Of a stretch of DNA of 64,000 bases, positions 49,801-59,523 are shown piece after piece. Numbering within the stretch: position 1 is the first letter of the stretch; each line of letters opens with the position of its first letter. Where the stretch lies: positions 3,520,001 to 3,584,000 of the forward strand of contig CBDFKD010000002.1 in NCBI GenBank assembly GCA_965248695.1, given 5' to 3'. The DNA is from Acidobacteriota bacterium (lineage in GTDB: Bacteria > Acidobacteriota > UBA890 > WLXD01). The notes beneath the pieces are model-generated. The model searched no databases, was not told the origin of the DNA, and was given only the letters and a program-made list of their open reading frames with translations. Made by a program: the position numbers and the translations under genes.

Positions 49801-49852
49801 AGGTGTCCCACAGGGTCGCGGTGTCAGGCGCACGAATCAGCTTCAGCGGCAC
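46799..49852 (-). CDS. addB: AddB-like subunit (inactive helicase scaffold plus PD-(D/E)XK nuclease)
   Basis: Overlaps addA start; WSASGLQNY, GAVAHDLL, RGRVDRVD, LDYKSG, LQAPLY. Confidence 0.87.
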   Translation of the reverse strand: MPLKLIRAPDTATLWDTCADRFLDAIGDNAGPSGFEAHLWVAHRNQRDLLLERAAVRGVAGWLGPPITDFRDLHRCFEIEGKAVGLLTRRRLISRVARRVGRHAGLEDPSHTDGVARGHLLDALFGELLPEGVDPTRLEEALTCVGDDAFARRRNEWIVGSYSTYLAELRQRELFDMRSSWGLIADRIDAGGLTSALGGAPQLLVYGLYMTRSRRRLLTALAAQLEVDVHLFVLGESEPEELGELSAEVEDIAGTETGAVLVQPVPDTQREVAWMAREVKRLLVDGVVSPHQVAVVARSGYEDTGRAYRALRSAGVPCTAVIRSRLTEIGALKALLSAFRGAASGWDYGSLRAVLDSAYYETEIDLRPIDVIATQRRLVGLDAWQRRLAELADKVDRGDRSTWGSGLARDRMRRNAERFATLRATLDPLGAPRSEREWIELTLDLLRQGLFGLRRRLCEPVAGRWDVVRLDQRGLVQTESLLQEWADLDHPDAALSPADWYGLLRRLLEANELSITTPMHKGVQVLEAHDAALTPFRHVFVMHANDGAFPRRISVAGVLSNEERLRLCDQGLPLVHREQALRRERALWRTVTGTGDVRISYRTADPSGTPLMPSLMVPPHDPGSELPRTRDPWDDPVTVAQADRLAVHRLFESRAERSVAPASEDLVRHAVLVAIAESHRDTGHQPLHIGHPAYRPNPWNGELRDPRVLGMLASRFDADTVWSASGLQNYSNNPFVFLVKRVLRLDEVVEADEETTPLVFGAVAHDLLERFYSLLRDDVPRDFDRRAEAAFTEAAAEVIVDREISDEWSGAPLLWQQECDAILVRVRQYLAWELVHMADKGERPFLIEHDFGGDGGVLIEGEDADGQAAWLRLRGRVDRVDLTDGVAPGPDGSAISNVLDYKSGKTPSANDYVDGTALQAPLYMQALENAGHRVGIGFYRSLKKRGGKYTQYAGKIRRTEAKYEAALRFALSIPGRIRAGKFEPVRSHRAGEWPAYEPDRGVARSAARLPEGNRFDV

Positions 49853-49905
49853 GGGAAACGAGCTCGTTGAGGGCCATCTCCCTCATTGAAGGAGTGACGT
49901 TCTGA

Positions 49906-50004
49906 ATGTACACTTGTACACGACATCTCGCCGGCGGCTTCCGGATCATCTCGGCCCGAAAGGCTACATCGCGGGAGCGAGCAGACTACGAATGGACAAG
50001 ATGA
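49906..50004 (+). pseudogene. BrnT toxin remnant (C-terminal fragment)
   Basis: Manual translation ends FRIISARKATSRERADYEWTR*, with ATGA overlap into the antitoxin. Confidence 0.75.
49907..49920. promoter_or_regulatory. Putative TA operator palindrome
   Basis: TGTACA-CT-TGTACA immediately before the brnT remnant. Confidence 0.5.
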
Positions 50005-50261
50005 AAGATGAGTATGACTTCAGCAAGGGTCGTCGCGGCGCCGTACTGCCGACTCCGCCGGGGAAAACCCGCATCACGATAAGGATCGACGACGACATTC
50101 TCGAGTGGTTCCGAGAGACCGCAGGCGAGGCTGGTGGCGGAACCTACCAGACGATGGTCAACGCGGCGCTGCGCGACTTCATCTCGAGGCAGCCCGAATC
50201 GCTCGAGGATACTCTGCGGCGCGTCGTGCGCGACGAGCTCGAGCGCGCCGCGAAAGGCTAG
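50001..50261 (+). CDS. BrnA-family antitoxin
   Basis: MKDEYDFSKG..KTRITIRIDDDILEWFR..YQTMVNAALR. Confidence 0.9.
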   Translation: MKDEYDFSKGRRGAVLPTPPGKTRITIRIDDDILEWFRETAGEAGGGTYQTMVNAALRDFISRQPESLEDTLRRVVRDELERAAKG

Positions 50262-52681
50262 TCCGCCTCTGCAGTCCGGGCTTCGGCTTCGGCAACCGTG
50301 AGGATGGTCGGCACCAGCGCGTCCGGGGTCACGGAGATGCTATCGATACCCTCCTCCACCAGCAGGCGGGTGATCTCCGGGAAGTCCGAGGGTGCCTGTC
50401 CGCAGATGCCGATACGGATCTGCTGGCCTTCCTCGCGCAGCTCGCGCACGGTACGCAGCGCCATGCGCAGCATGGCCTGGATCGCCGGGTCGCGCTCGTC
50501 GGCGATCTGGGCCACTGAGCCACCGGCGTCCCGGTCCAGCCCCAGGGCGAGCTGCGTGAGGTCGTTGCTGCCGATGCTCAGGCCGTCGACGTGCTGGGCG
50601 AAGTCGCGCAGCAGGATCACGTTGGAGGGCACCTCGACCATCATGTAGATCTGCAGGCCGGCGACGCCGCGCTCGAGACCAAACTCCCCCAGCAAGTCGA
50701 TCGTCGCCACCAGCTCGGGCACGGTGCGTGCGAACGGCACCATCACCTTGATATTGGCCAGGCCCATCTGCTCGCGGGCGCGCTTGAGCGCCTCGCACTC
50801 GAGGCGAAACGCCTCGCGGTATTCCGGGCTGGTGTAGCGGCAGGCACCGCGCCAGCCGAGCATCGGGTTCTCCTCGCGCGGCTCGAAGTGGTCGCCGCCC
50901 AGCAGGCCGCGGTACTCGTTGGACTTGAAATCTGACAGTCGCACGATGACATCGTGGGGATGGAATGCCGCACCGATCATCGCCACGCCATCGGCAAGCC
51001 GATCGATGAAGTACTCACGGCCGGAGTCATAGGTTCTGGTGCGCTCGTCGATGGCGAGGCGCTCCGCGTCGCTCAACCGCTCGGGCTCCAACAGGGCGCG
51101 TGGATGGATGCCGATCTGGCTGGCGATGATGAACTCCAGCCGTGCCAGACCGACCCCACGTGTTGGCAGCCGCGCCTGCTGGATAGCGCGCGCCGGGTTG
51201 CCGACGATCATCATCACGTCGGTACGCGTGTCCGGGACTCCGGCGAGATCGATGACCTCACGCTTGAAGCTTCGACGCCCGGAATAGACGACACCCTGCT
51301 CCTCGATGCAGCTCACCGTGATCTCGTCTTGATCCGCCAGCACGGTGGTGGCGTCGCCGGCGCCGACCACGCACGGCACGCCGATCTCGCGCGCCACGAT
51401 GGCGGCGTGCGAAGTACGTCCACCGGTGTCGGTGACGATCGCCGCCGCCAGCTTCATCGCCGGTTCCCAGTCGGGATCGGTACGCTCGGTCACCAGCACC
51501 TCGCCCTCGTGGAAGGCGTCGATCCCGTGGATACCGTGGATCACACGCGCCACCCCGGCAGCCACCTTGCTACCGACGGCCTGCCCGGTAAGCAACGGCG
51601 GACCGTTCTCGCCGATCTGGTAGCGCTCGAGGGTGGTCTGCACTTCGTCGCGGTACACGGTGATCGGGCGCGCCTGCACCAGGAACAGCCGGTCAACGAC
51701 GCCGTCCTTGGCCCACTCGATGTCGAGCGGCACTCCGTAGGCTTCCTCGAGCCGACACGCGGCGGCGGCAAGCTCGAGCACATCAGATCGCTCGACGCTG
51801 AACGCGCCGCGCTCTTCTGGAGTCGTCTCGATGACCTCGGTGGCGGCGGTGCCGCCCCAGCCGTAGACCATCTTGACCTCCTTGGCACCACGCTCGTGCG
51901 AGATCACCGGATCCAGCGGCGCGCCCTTGAGCAGCGTCGGCTTGAAGATCAGCACCTCGTCCGGACTCACCTGCCCCTGGACGACGGGCTCGCCGAGGCC
52001 CCAGCTGGAGTTCAGCAGCACGAAGTCGCGTGCGCCACTGTCAGGATCCATGGTGAACATCACGCCCGAGCACGCCTGGTCGCTGCGTGCCATGCGCTGC
52101 ACCGTGACGGCGAAGTCGAACGTTGCCGCCGGTAGCCCGCATCGGTGCCGGTAGTCGACGCCGCGGCTGGTGAAGAAGGACGTAAGACAGTCGCGGCAAG
52201 CGGTAAGCATGTTGCTGCGACCGCGGATTCCCAGGAACGACTCGTACTGACCGGCGAACGAAGCCTCGGCCGAGTCCTCCGATACCGCACTCGATCGCAC
52301 CGCCACGTCGACGTTCTTCATGTCGGCGGTCTCTTCCAGTGCCGCATACGCGGCGGCCACAGCCTCGACCACGTCATCGGGAAAATCGAGGTTGCTCACC
52401 AGGTCGCGACAGCGGCTGGCGCCGCGAAACAAGCTCTCAAAGTGATCGTAGTCGATCGTCTCCAGCTCGCGGACGATCTGCTTCCGGGTGCCGGGTGCGG
52501 CATCGAGAACCCGGGTGAACGCCGCGGTGGTCACCGCGAACCCCGGAGGCACACCGACCGAGGAACCAGAGAGGATCCGCGCCATCTCGCCAAGCGAGGC
52601 GCTCTTGCCGCCCACTAGCGCGACGTCGCCGCGGTCCAGCTGATCAAGGCCTATGACGTATGGGGTGTCAGGCGAGCCCAT
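50258..52681 (-). CDS. ppsA: Phosphoenolpyruvate synthase
   Basis: VGGKSASLGEM, VRSSA..ED..ASFAGQ, GGRTSHAAI, EENPMLGWRG, SIGSNDLTQL, GICGQAPSD. Confidence 0.96.
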   Translation of the reverse strand: MGSPDTPYVIGLDQLDRGDVALVGGKSASLGEMARILSGSSVGVPPGFAVTTAAFTRVLDAAPGTRKQIVRELETIDYDHFESLFRGASRCRDLVSNLDFPDDVVEAVAAAYAALEETADMKNVDVAVRSSAVSEDSAEASFAGQYESFLGIRGRSNMLTACRDCLTSFFTSRGVDYRHRCGLPAATFDFAVTVQRMARSDQACSGVMFTMDPDSGARDFVLLNSSWGLGEPVVQGQVSPDEVLIFKPTLLKGAPLDPVISHERGAKEVKMVYGWGGTAATEVIETTPEERGAFSVERSDVLELAAAACRLEEAYGVPLDIEWAKDGVVDRLFLVQARPITVYRDEVQTTLERYQIGENGPPLLTGQAVGSKVAAGVARVIHGIHGIDAFHEGEVLVTERTDPDWEPAMKLAAAIVTDTGGRTSHAAIVAREIGVPCVVGAGDATTVLADQDEITVSCIEEQGVVYSGRRSFKREVIDLAGVPDTRTDVMMIVGNPARAIQQARLPTRGVGLARLEFIIASQIGIHPRALLEPERLSDAERLAIDERTRTYDSGREYFIDRLADGVAMIGAAFHPHDVIVRLSDFKSNEYRGLLGGDHFEPREENPMLGWRGACRYTSPEYREAFRLECEALKRAREQMGLANIKVMVPFARTVPELVATIDLLGEFGLERGVAGLQIYMMVEVPSNVILLRDFAQHVDGLSIGSNDLTQLALGLDRDAGGSVAQIADERDPAIQAMLRMALRTVRELREEGQQIRIGICGQAPSDFPEITRLLVEEGIDSISVTPDALVPTILTVAEAEARTAEAD

Positions 52682-53077
52682 CGACGAACCTCGCGAACTT
52701 CACGCGTTAGCCGCGGCTATCGCGGCAGGTCGGATGGGCGCCCACAGGATAACTCCCACGTGGCTTGATGGCGAACGTCGGACAGATTCCATCGCCGACC
52801 GGGGTCCGTCACACAGGGATGGCGCCACGGCCCCGCCGGCACGCCAGCGCTCAGCCTCGCACAGGCAAACTTCCGTTCTGAGGAACAACCCGCTGGTCTG
52901 ACAGCGACGACGATCCTCAGCCCCGAGCCGCTGCAAGACCGATGCGTTCTGGCGCAGCTGAACGCCGGGCCTCATTGGCTTCGTAGCGGTGGTGGCGGGC
53001 GGTGGAATCGGCCGGCCCTCGTTCTGCTAAGTTCCCAGGGTTACCGCGACGCCTCGCTTTCCCCCTGGAGTAAACCC

Positions 53078-56000
53078 ATGCCACGCCTCCGTCCTGCCCT
53101 CACGTTCGCGCTCGCACTCACCGCCATCCTCATCGTCGCCGCGCCCGCCAGCGCGCAGGTCGATGCCCGCATGTTGCGGTTCCCGGATGTTTCCGAAACC
53201 CACATCACGTTCGTCTACGCCGGCGACGTTTGGATCGCGCCGAAGGACGGTGGCACGGCGCAGCGCCTGAGCACGCCCGCCGGCGAGGAACGCTTCCCGC
53301 GCTTCTCACCCGACGGCAGCCAGATCGCCTTCCAGGCCAACTACGACGGCAACGTCGACGTGTATGTGGTGCCGACGCTGGGCGGACAGGTGGAGCGCAT
53401 CACCCACCATCCGCTGCCGGATCGCATGCTGGAGTGGAACCCGGGCGGCGAGTCGGTGCTGATTGCCAGCTTCATGCAGACGGAGAAGATGCGCTACCGC
53501 AAGTTCTTCAGCGTGCCGTCGGCCGGCGGGTTGCCGGAGCTTCTGCCAGTGCCGTATGGCGAGTTCGGCGCCATGTCGCCGGACGGCGACACCCTCGCCT
53601 ACATGCCGATCAGCCGCGACTTTCGCACCTGGAAGCGCTACCGGGGCGGCATGGCGCCGGAGATCTGGCTGTTCGATCTGAACGACTACAGCGCCCGCAA
53701 CATCAGCAACAACGACGCCAACGACGGCCATCCGATGTGGCACGGCTCGACGCTGTACTTCCTCTCGGATCGCGGCAGCAACCAACGCGCCAACGTCTGG
53801 GCTTACGAGCTCGACTCGGGCGAGACACGACAGGTGACCCGGCTGGCCGACTTCGACGTGCGCTTTCCGGCCATCGGGCCTGCCGACTTGGTTTTCGAGG
53901 CCGGCGGCCGCCTGTATCTGCTCGACCTCGCCACCGAAACGACGCGCGAGGTGCAGGTCGACGTGGTCACCGACCGGTCCAGCCTCAAGCCGCGGGGCGA
54001 GAATGTCGCGGGTAAGATCGCCAGCGGCGACATCTCGCCGTCAGGCAAGCGTGCCGTGATCGAGGCGCGTGGCGACATCTTCACCGTTCCCGCCGAGCAC
54101 GGCATCACACGCAACCTGACGCGCACGTCGGGGGTTGCCGAGCGCTACCCGACTTGGTCGCCGGACGGCAAGCGGATCGCCTACTTCAGCGACGCCTCGG
54201 GCGAGTACGAGCTCACGGTTACCTCTGCCGACGGCAACGGCACACCGCGCCAGCTCACTAGCCTCGGGGAAGGGTTCCGCTACACGCCGCACTGGTCGCC
54301 AAACAGCGAGAAGCTGGCGTTCATCGACCAGTCGATGAGCCTTCGGATCTACGACATGGACTCCGACACGCTCACCGAGGTCGACCAGGGCAAATGGATG
54401 TACCACGGCCAGCTCGCCGGCTTCACGCCCAGCTGGTCGTCCGACAGCCGCTGGCTGGCGTACTCGCGCGGCCTGATGAATCGCCACTCGGCGGTGTTCC
54501 TGTTCGATACCGATAGCGACATCAGCCATCAGGTCACCAGCGGCTACTACAACGACTCCAACCCGGTCTTTGACCCTGACGGCAAGTACCTCTACCTGCA
54601 GACGAGCCGCTCGCTGCGCCCGAGCTACAGCGACTACCAGAACACCTTCGTCTACAACAACACCACCAACGTCGCCGCCGTCGCCCTGCGCGACGACGTG
54701 CCCTCACCGTTGGCGCCGCGCAACGACGAGGAGGAGGTGGAAGAAGACGTGGAAGAGTCCGATGACGCGGACGCCGAAACCGATACCGACAGCAACGACG
54801 ACGGCGGCGCCGACGCGGACGCCGATGATGATGCCGAAGATGAATCGGAAGAGGACGAGGGCCTCGAAATCGACCTCCAGGGCTTCGAGAACCGCCTCGT
54901 CGTGCTGCCCCCGGACGCCGGCAACTACGGCTCGATGGCAGCGGTATCGGGCAAGCTGATCTACCATCGCGGACCGCGCACCGGATCGGGCGACGACGAC
55001 AGCCCGATCGTGTTCTGGGATCTCGAAGACCGCGAGGAAAAGACCGTCCTCGACGACGCTGACGACTTCGAGCTATCTGGCGATGGCAAGAAGCTCATCG
55101 TCGCCACCAACGGCAGCATCGGCATCATCAGCGTCGCACCGGGGCAGCGTCCCGAGCCGCTCGACACCTCCGGACTGCAGGTGACGCTCGACCCGGTAGC
55201 CGAATGGCGCCAGATCTTCAACGACGCCTTCCGCCTGTTCCGCGACTACTTCTACGTCGCCAACATGCACGGCGTCGACTGGGACCAGATGGGAGAGGTC
55301 TACAGCGCGCTGATCGACGATGTCGTGACGCGCTGGGATCTCGATTTTCTGATCGGCGAGCTCATCGGCGAGCTCAACGCCGGCCATACCTACAACCAGG
55401 GCGGTGGCGATGCCGAACAGGCGAGCCGCCGGGGCGTCGGGATGCTGGGTGTCGACTACGAGCTCGAGAACGGCGCCTACCGATTCGCCCGCATCATCGA
55501 CGGCGCTCCCTGGGACAGCGAGGTACGCTCCCCGCTGCGCCAACCCGGCATCGACGTCGATGAGGGCGACTATCTGCTAGCGGTCAACGGCACGCCGATC
55601 GACACGTCGGCCGATCCGTGGGCCGCCTTCCAGGGGATGGCCGGCGAGACCGTCGAGCTCACCGTCAGCGACACGCCGTCGATGGACGACTCGCGTCGCG
55701 TGCTGGTGGAGACGCTGCGCAGCGAGGTGCGCCTGCGCAACCTGGCGTGGATCGAGGCGAACCGCAGGCGCGTCGACGCGGCCACCGATGGACGCATCGG
55801 CTACGTCTACGTGCCCGACACCGGCCTCAACGGTCAGACCGAGCTACTGCGGCAATTCTCCTCCCAGATCGACAAGGAAGGACTGATCGTCGACGAGCGC
55901 TTCAACAACGGCGGCCAGATTCCCGACCGCTTCATCGAGCTCCTCAACCGGCCGCTCTACAGCTACTGGGGGGTGCGTGACGGCCAGGACTGGCAGTGGC

Positions 56001-56404
56001 CGCCGGTCTCCCATATCGGACCCAAGGTCATGCTGATCAACGGCTGGAGCGGCTCCGGCGGCGATGCCTTCCCGCTGTTCTTCAAGCACGCCGGCCTCGG
56101 GCCGCTGATCGGCACTCGCACCTGGGGTGGCCTCATCGGATACACCGGCGTCCCCGGTCTCATCGATGGCGGTACCCTGGCGGTGCCCACGTTCGGCATC
56201 TACAGCACCGAAGGAGAGTGGATCGTCGAAGGGTATGGCGTGGACCCGGACATCGAGGTGGTGGAGAACCCTACCGAGCTGGCGCGAGGCACCGACACGC
56301 AGCTGGAGGCCGGAATCGCGGAGGCGATGCGGTTGCTGCGCGAGAATCCCGTGACCCGACCGGATCGTCCGGCGCCGCCGAATCGGGCCCGACCGCACGG
56401 CTGA
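53078..56404 (+). CDS. Tricorn protease (S41)
   Basis: Signal peptide, PD40 propellers, acidic linker, EWRQIFND, PDZ, DERFNNGG, SGSGGD, GTRTWGG. Confidence 0.95.
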   Translation: MPRLRPALTFALALTAILIVAAPASAQVDARMLRFPDVSETHITFVYAGDVWIAPKDGGTAQRLSTPAGEERFPRFSPDGSQIAFQANYDGNVDVYVVPTLGGQVERITHHPLPDRMLEWNPGGESVLIASFMQTEKMRYRKFFSVPSAGGLPELLPVPYGEFGAMSPDGDTLAYMPISRDFRTWKRYRGGMAPEIWLFDLNDYSARNISNNDANDGHPMWHGSTLYFLSDRGSNQRANVWAYELDSGETRQVTRLADFDVRFPAIGPADLVFEAGGRLYLLDLATETTREVQVDVVTDRSSLKPRGENVAGKIASGDISPSGKRAVIEARGDIFTVPAEHGITRNLTRTSGVAERYPTWSPDGKRIAYFSDASGEYELTVTSADGNGTPRQLTSLGEGFRYTPHWSPNSEKLAFIDQSMSLRIYDMDSDTLTEVDQGKWMYHGQLAGFTPSWSSDSRWLAYSRGLMNRHSAVFLFDTDSDISHQVTSGYYNDSNPVFDPDGKYLYLQTSRSLRPSYSDYQNTFVYNNTTNVAAVALRDDVPSPLAPRNDEEEVEEDVEESDDADAETDTDSNDDGGADADADDDAEDESEEDEGLEIDLQGFENRLVVLPPDAGNYGSMAAVSGKLIYHRGPRTGSGDDDSPIVFWDLEDREEKTVLDDADDFELSGDGKKLIVATNGSIGIISVAPGQRPEPLDTSGLQVTLDPVAEWRQIFNDAFRLFRDYFYVANMHGVDWDQMGEVYSALIDDVVTRWDLDFLIGELIGELNAGHTYNQGGGDAEQASRRGVGMLGVDYELENGAYRFARIIDGAPWDSEVRSPLRQPGIDVDEGDYLLAVNGTPIDTSADPWAAFQGMAGETVELTVSDTPSMDDSRRVLVETLRSEVRLRNLAWIEANRRRVDAATDGRIGYVYVPDTGLNGQTELLRQFSSQIDKEGLIVDERFNNGGQIPDRFIELLNRPLYSYWGVRDGQDWQWPPVSHIGPKVMLINGWSGSGGDAFPLFFKHAGLGPLIGTRTWGGLIGYTGVPGLIDGGTLAVPTFGIYSTEGEWIVEGYGVDPDIEVVENPTELARGTDTQLEAGIAEAMRLLRENPVTRPDRPAPPNRARPHG

Positions 56405-56419
56405 CCCCCGCGGGAGTTC

Positions 56420-56447
56420 GAAACTGGTGACCGGGCGGGCGCGTATC
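56420..56447 (+). promoter_or_regulatory. Possible ECF-sigma promoter
   Basis: GAAAC-N17-CGTATC about 55 nt upstream of the permease start. Confidence 0.3.
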
Positions 56448-56501
56448 TAGACTGACGCGCGGTCCCCGATCCGTCCATCTCTCGACCCACGAACGAGCGG
56501 C

Positions 56502-58976
56502 ATGGAAGACCTCCTTCGCAACGTCCGCTACGCCGTCCGTGGCCTGCGTAACTCACCCGGCTTCGCCGCCGTGGCCATCATCACGCTCGCCCTAGGCATC
56601 GGCGTCAACAGCACCATCTTCAGCATCGTCAACGCCGTGCTACTCAGGCCGCTGCCGGTAGAAAGACCGTCGGAGCTGGTGGATGTCTACGGCCATACCT
56701 CCAACAGCGACAGCCACGACACTACCTCCTACCGCGACTATCTCGATCTGCGCCAGCAGACCGGAACGCTGTCTGGGTTGATCGCCTACTCCAACTTCTT
56801 CGCCAACCTCGCCTATGAAGGTCGCTCGGAGCTGGTCGTCGGCGAGCTGGTATCGGACAACTACTTCGACGTTCTCGGGGTACAGCCGGAGCTCGGACGC
56901 GCGTTCACACCAGAGGAGTTCGAGACCGAGGGCACCCACCCGGTAACTATTCTCAGCCACACGTTCTGGCGCACCCGCTTCGCCGCCGACACCGGGGTGC
57001 TCGGAAGCTCGGTTCGGATCAACGGCACGCCCTACACAGTGGTGGGCGTGACGGGGCCCGCGTTCGGCGGCATGTTCCCGGCCGTGACAGCGCAGATGTG
57101 GGTGCCGGTGGCGATGGTCGAGGAGGTCGAGCCGCTCGGCAACCAGCGCGGCTTCGCCTCGGCCGGTGACACGCGCCTGCAGCGCCGCGCGCAGCGCTGG
57201 CTATGGCTGCGTGGTCGTATGCAGCAGGACACGTCGGTCGCCGAGGTACAGGCGGAGCTCGAAGGCATCACGGCGCGGCTGGCAGCCGAGTATCCAGATA
57301 CCAACGATCTGGAGACCGTCACCGTGATAGCCACCAACGACGTCTACTTCAACCCTGACTTCGACACCACCCTGGTGCCGGCTGGCATATTGATCCTGGC
57401 GATTTCCGGGCTGGTGCTGCTGGTTGCCTGTGCCAACCTAGCCAACATGCTGCTGGCGCGCGCTGCCGCGCGTCGGCGCGAGATTGCGGTACGCCTGGCG
57501 ATCGGAGCCGGCCGCGGCCAGCTCGTGCGCCAGCTGCTCACCGAGAGCGTCGTGCTGGCACTGCTCGGTGGCACGGTCGGTTTGCTGTTTGCCGTGTGGT
57601 CGAGTCGCCTTATCGCGCGCTTTCAGCCGCCGGTGCCGATCGATCTCGGAGTCGATTTCAGCGTCGACTGGAGGGTGCTGACGTTCACGTTGATCGCCGC
57701 CGCACTCACCGGCATCGCGTTCGGCTTGGTGCCAGCACTGCGTGCGTCGCGGCCTGACGTCGTCGGCGCGCTCAAGGACGCCGACGCCTCCGAGCGCCTG
57801 GCCGGCCACGGGTTCCGGCTGCGCGACGGGCTAGTGGTGGTGCAGGTCGCAGTATCGGTCGTTTTGCTGGTGGCGGGCGCTTTGATGATGCGCAGCCTGG
57901 CCGCGGCGCAGCGTGTCGAGCTCGGCTTCGACGCCGACCGCCTCAGCTTTCTCGGCCTGGCGATGGAGATGAACGGCTACGACAACGACACCAGCGCCGT
58001 GTTCTTCGATACCGCGCGCGCCCGGCTCCAGCAGCTCCCAGGAGTTCAGGGGGTGACGCTCATGTCGCGCGTGCCGCTATCGCTCAACGACAACAACTTC
58101 GGACTCTTCATCGATGGACACCAGACTGCCGCCAGCGATCGTGCGTACCTGACCGGGGGCGTCTACGTCGACCAGTACTACTTCTCGACCCTCGAGCTGG
58201 CCATCGTCGACGGCCGTGGACTAGACGGTGTGGACGTGGCCGAGAGCCGCAATGTGACGGTGATCACCCGCGCCATGGCGCAACGCTACTGGCCTGATGA
58301 GAGCGCCGTCGGCAAGTCTTTCCGCACCAGCTGGGAAGGCCAGCCCGTCGAGATCGTCGGTGTAGTCGACGACTACAAGACCAACAGCCCGGGCGAGTCG
58401 CCGACCCCGTATCTGCACATGCCGTACCCCCGTCGCGGCACCTTCGGCAACTTCATGGTGCGCACCGCCGGCCCCGCCGCCGTCGAGGTGCTCGCCCAGG
58501 AAGCCGAGCTGCGTCGCATCGATCCCGACCTCGTGTTCCTCGACGCCGGACCCACCCGCAAGCTGGTCGACACGCGGCTGTTCGCCGTGCGCACCGGCGC
58601 CTGGCTCATCAGCGCCTTCGGCTCCCTGGCCCTACTGCTCGCCGCCGTCGGCCTTTACGGCGTCATCAGCTACTCGGTCAACCGTCGTACTCGGGAGATG
58701 GGCATCCGCGTGGCGCTCGGAGCCGAGTCGGGCCGGCTCGTATCGCTGGTCGTCCGCCAGGGGATGACGCTGGTGATCATCGGTTGCGCCATCGGCGCGC
58801 TGGTGGCGACGCTCACCGGAAGGCTGCTGGCGAGCGTGCTGTTCGTGAGCCCGATCGACCCACTGAGCTTCGCGTTGGCGTTCGCAGTGTTGGCCGCGGT
58901 GGCGATGCTGGCCAACTGGGTACCGGCGAGAAGGGCGTCAAGGGTGGATCCGATGGTGGCGCTGCGCAGCGAGTAG
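56502..58976 (+). CDS. ADOP-type duplicated MacB-like ABC permease
   Basis: VRYAVRGLRNSPGF, LACANLANMLLAR..RRREIAVRLAIGA, RRTREMGIRVALGA, DPMVALRSE. Confidence 0.93.
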   Translation: MEDLLRNVRYAVRGLRNSPGFAAVAIITLALGIGVNSTIFSIVNAVLLRPLPVERPSELVDVYGHTSNSDSHDTTSYRDYLDLRQQTGTLSGLIAYSNFFANLAYEGRSELVVGELVSDNYFDVLGVQPELGRAFTPEEFETEGTHPVTILSHTFWRTRFAADTGVLGSSVRINGTPYTVVGVTGPAFGGMFPAVTAQMWVPVAMVEEVEPLGNQRGFASAGDTRLQRRAQRWLWLRGRMQQDTSVAEVQAELEGITARLAAEYPDTNDLETVTVIATNDVYFNPDFDTTLVPAGILILAISGLVLLVACANLANMLLARAAARRREIAVRLAIGAGRGQLVRQLLTESVVLALLGGTVGLLFAVWSSRLIARFQPPVPIDLGVDFSVDWRVLTFTLIAAALTGIAFGLVPALRASRPDVVGALKDADASERLAGHGFRLRDGLVVVQVAVSVVLLVAGALMMRSLAAAQRVELGFDADRLSFLGLAMEMNGYDNDTSAVFFDTARARLQQLPGVQGVTLMSRVPLSLNDNNFGLFIDGHQTAASDRAYLTGGVYVDQYYFSTLELAIVDGRGLDGVDVAESRNVTVITRAMAQRYWPDESAVGKSFRTSWEGQPVEIVGVVDDYKTNSPGESPTPYLHMPYPRRGTFGNFMVRTAGPAAVEVLAQEAELRRIDPDLVFLDAGPTRKLVDTRLFAVRTGAWLISAFGSLALLLAAVGLYGVISYSVNRRTREMGIRVALGAESGRLVSLVVRQGMTLVIIGCAIGALVATLTGRLLASVLFVSPIDPLSFALAFAVLAAVAMLANWVPARRASRVDPMVALRSE

Positions 58977-59014
58977 CTCCGGAGAGCTAGAGTCTCCAGC
59001 GGCTAGTCCGCCCA

Positions 59015-59275
59015 CTAGCGATACGCATCCTTGCGATGCGCCACTCGGACTACAACGACGATGAGCCTGTCGCCTTCGATCGTGTAGAGAACGCGATACC
59101 GGCCCTGGCGCACGCGGTACTTGGCAGCGCCGGAGAGCTTCGTACAGCCACGAGGCCTGGGATCGTCACGCAGCGCCGTGATTCGTGCCACGACCGCGCG
59201 GCGGGCCTTGGCCGTGGGTAGCCCCTCTATCTCCTTCGCCGCCGACGGCGTGATGAAGACCCTATAGTTTCCCAC
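59015..59275 (-). CDS. RelE/ParE-family toxin
   Basis: DPRPRGCTKLSG..YRVRQGRYRVLY..VAHRKDAYR. Confidence 0.93.
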   Translation of the reverse strand: MGNYRVFITPSAAKEIEGLPTAKARRAVVARITALRDDPRPRGCTKLSGAAKYRVRQGRYRVLYTIEGDRLIVVVVRVAHRKDAYR

Positions 59276-59495
59276 GACGCTTGAGGTCCTTGACGAAATC
59301 CTCGAAGGGCATGTGCGATTCGCCCTCCCGGACCTCGAAGGTCATCAAGTCCTCGGCGTCTTCCGCAAGCGACTGTTTGACCGCGTCGTTGACCAGTTCA
59401 GAGATCGTCCGATCCATTTCGGCCGCACGGATACGAAGGGTCCGGTGGATATCAGGCTCGAAGTACACGGTGGCGCGCTTGGATTGGCTCGGCAT
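59262..59495 (-). CDS. CopG/RHH antitoxin
   Basis: KRATVYFEPDIHRTLRIRAAE..ISELVNDAV..LAEDAEDL; overlaps toxin start. Confidence 0.9.
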   Translation of the reverse strand: MPSQSKRATVYFEPDIHRTLRIRAAEMDRTISELVNDAVKQSLAEDAEDLMTFEVREGESHMPFEDFVKDLKRRGKL

Positions 59496-59523
59496 GGATC
59501 TAGGCTAGTTGTGTTAGCGCCTT

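Noticed and set aside
43642-49852. Helicase-nuclease pair as a novel anti-phage system
   Set aside because: Size, order and motifs fit housekeeping AddAB.
52855-52925. GCACAGGCAAAC...GGTCTGA resembling a c-di-GMP-I riboswitch
   Set aside because: Lacks the GAAA tetraloop and GACGCAA/GGCGCAA junction; only a short match.
52700-53070. About 400-bp ppsA/tricorn intergenic region with several GGA motifs (CsrB-like) and a 91-aa ORF
   Set aside because: Too few GGA motifs, not clearly in hairpin loops; ORF has no recognisable protein character.
54725-54865. Asp/Glu-rich low-complexity GAN-codon run
   Set aside because: In-frame acidic linker typical of bacterial tricorn proteases; not an array.
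56410-56430. GGGAGTTCGAAAC resembling a tRNA T-loop
   Set aside because: T-stem does not pair and there is no acceptor, D or anticodon arm.
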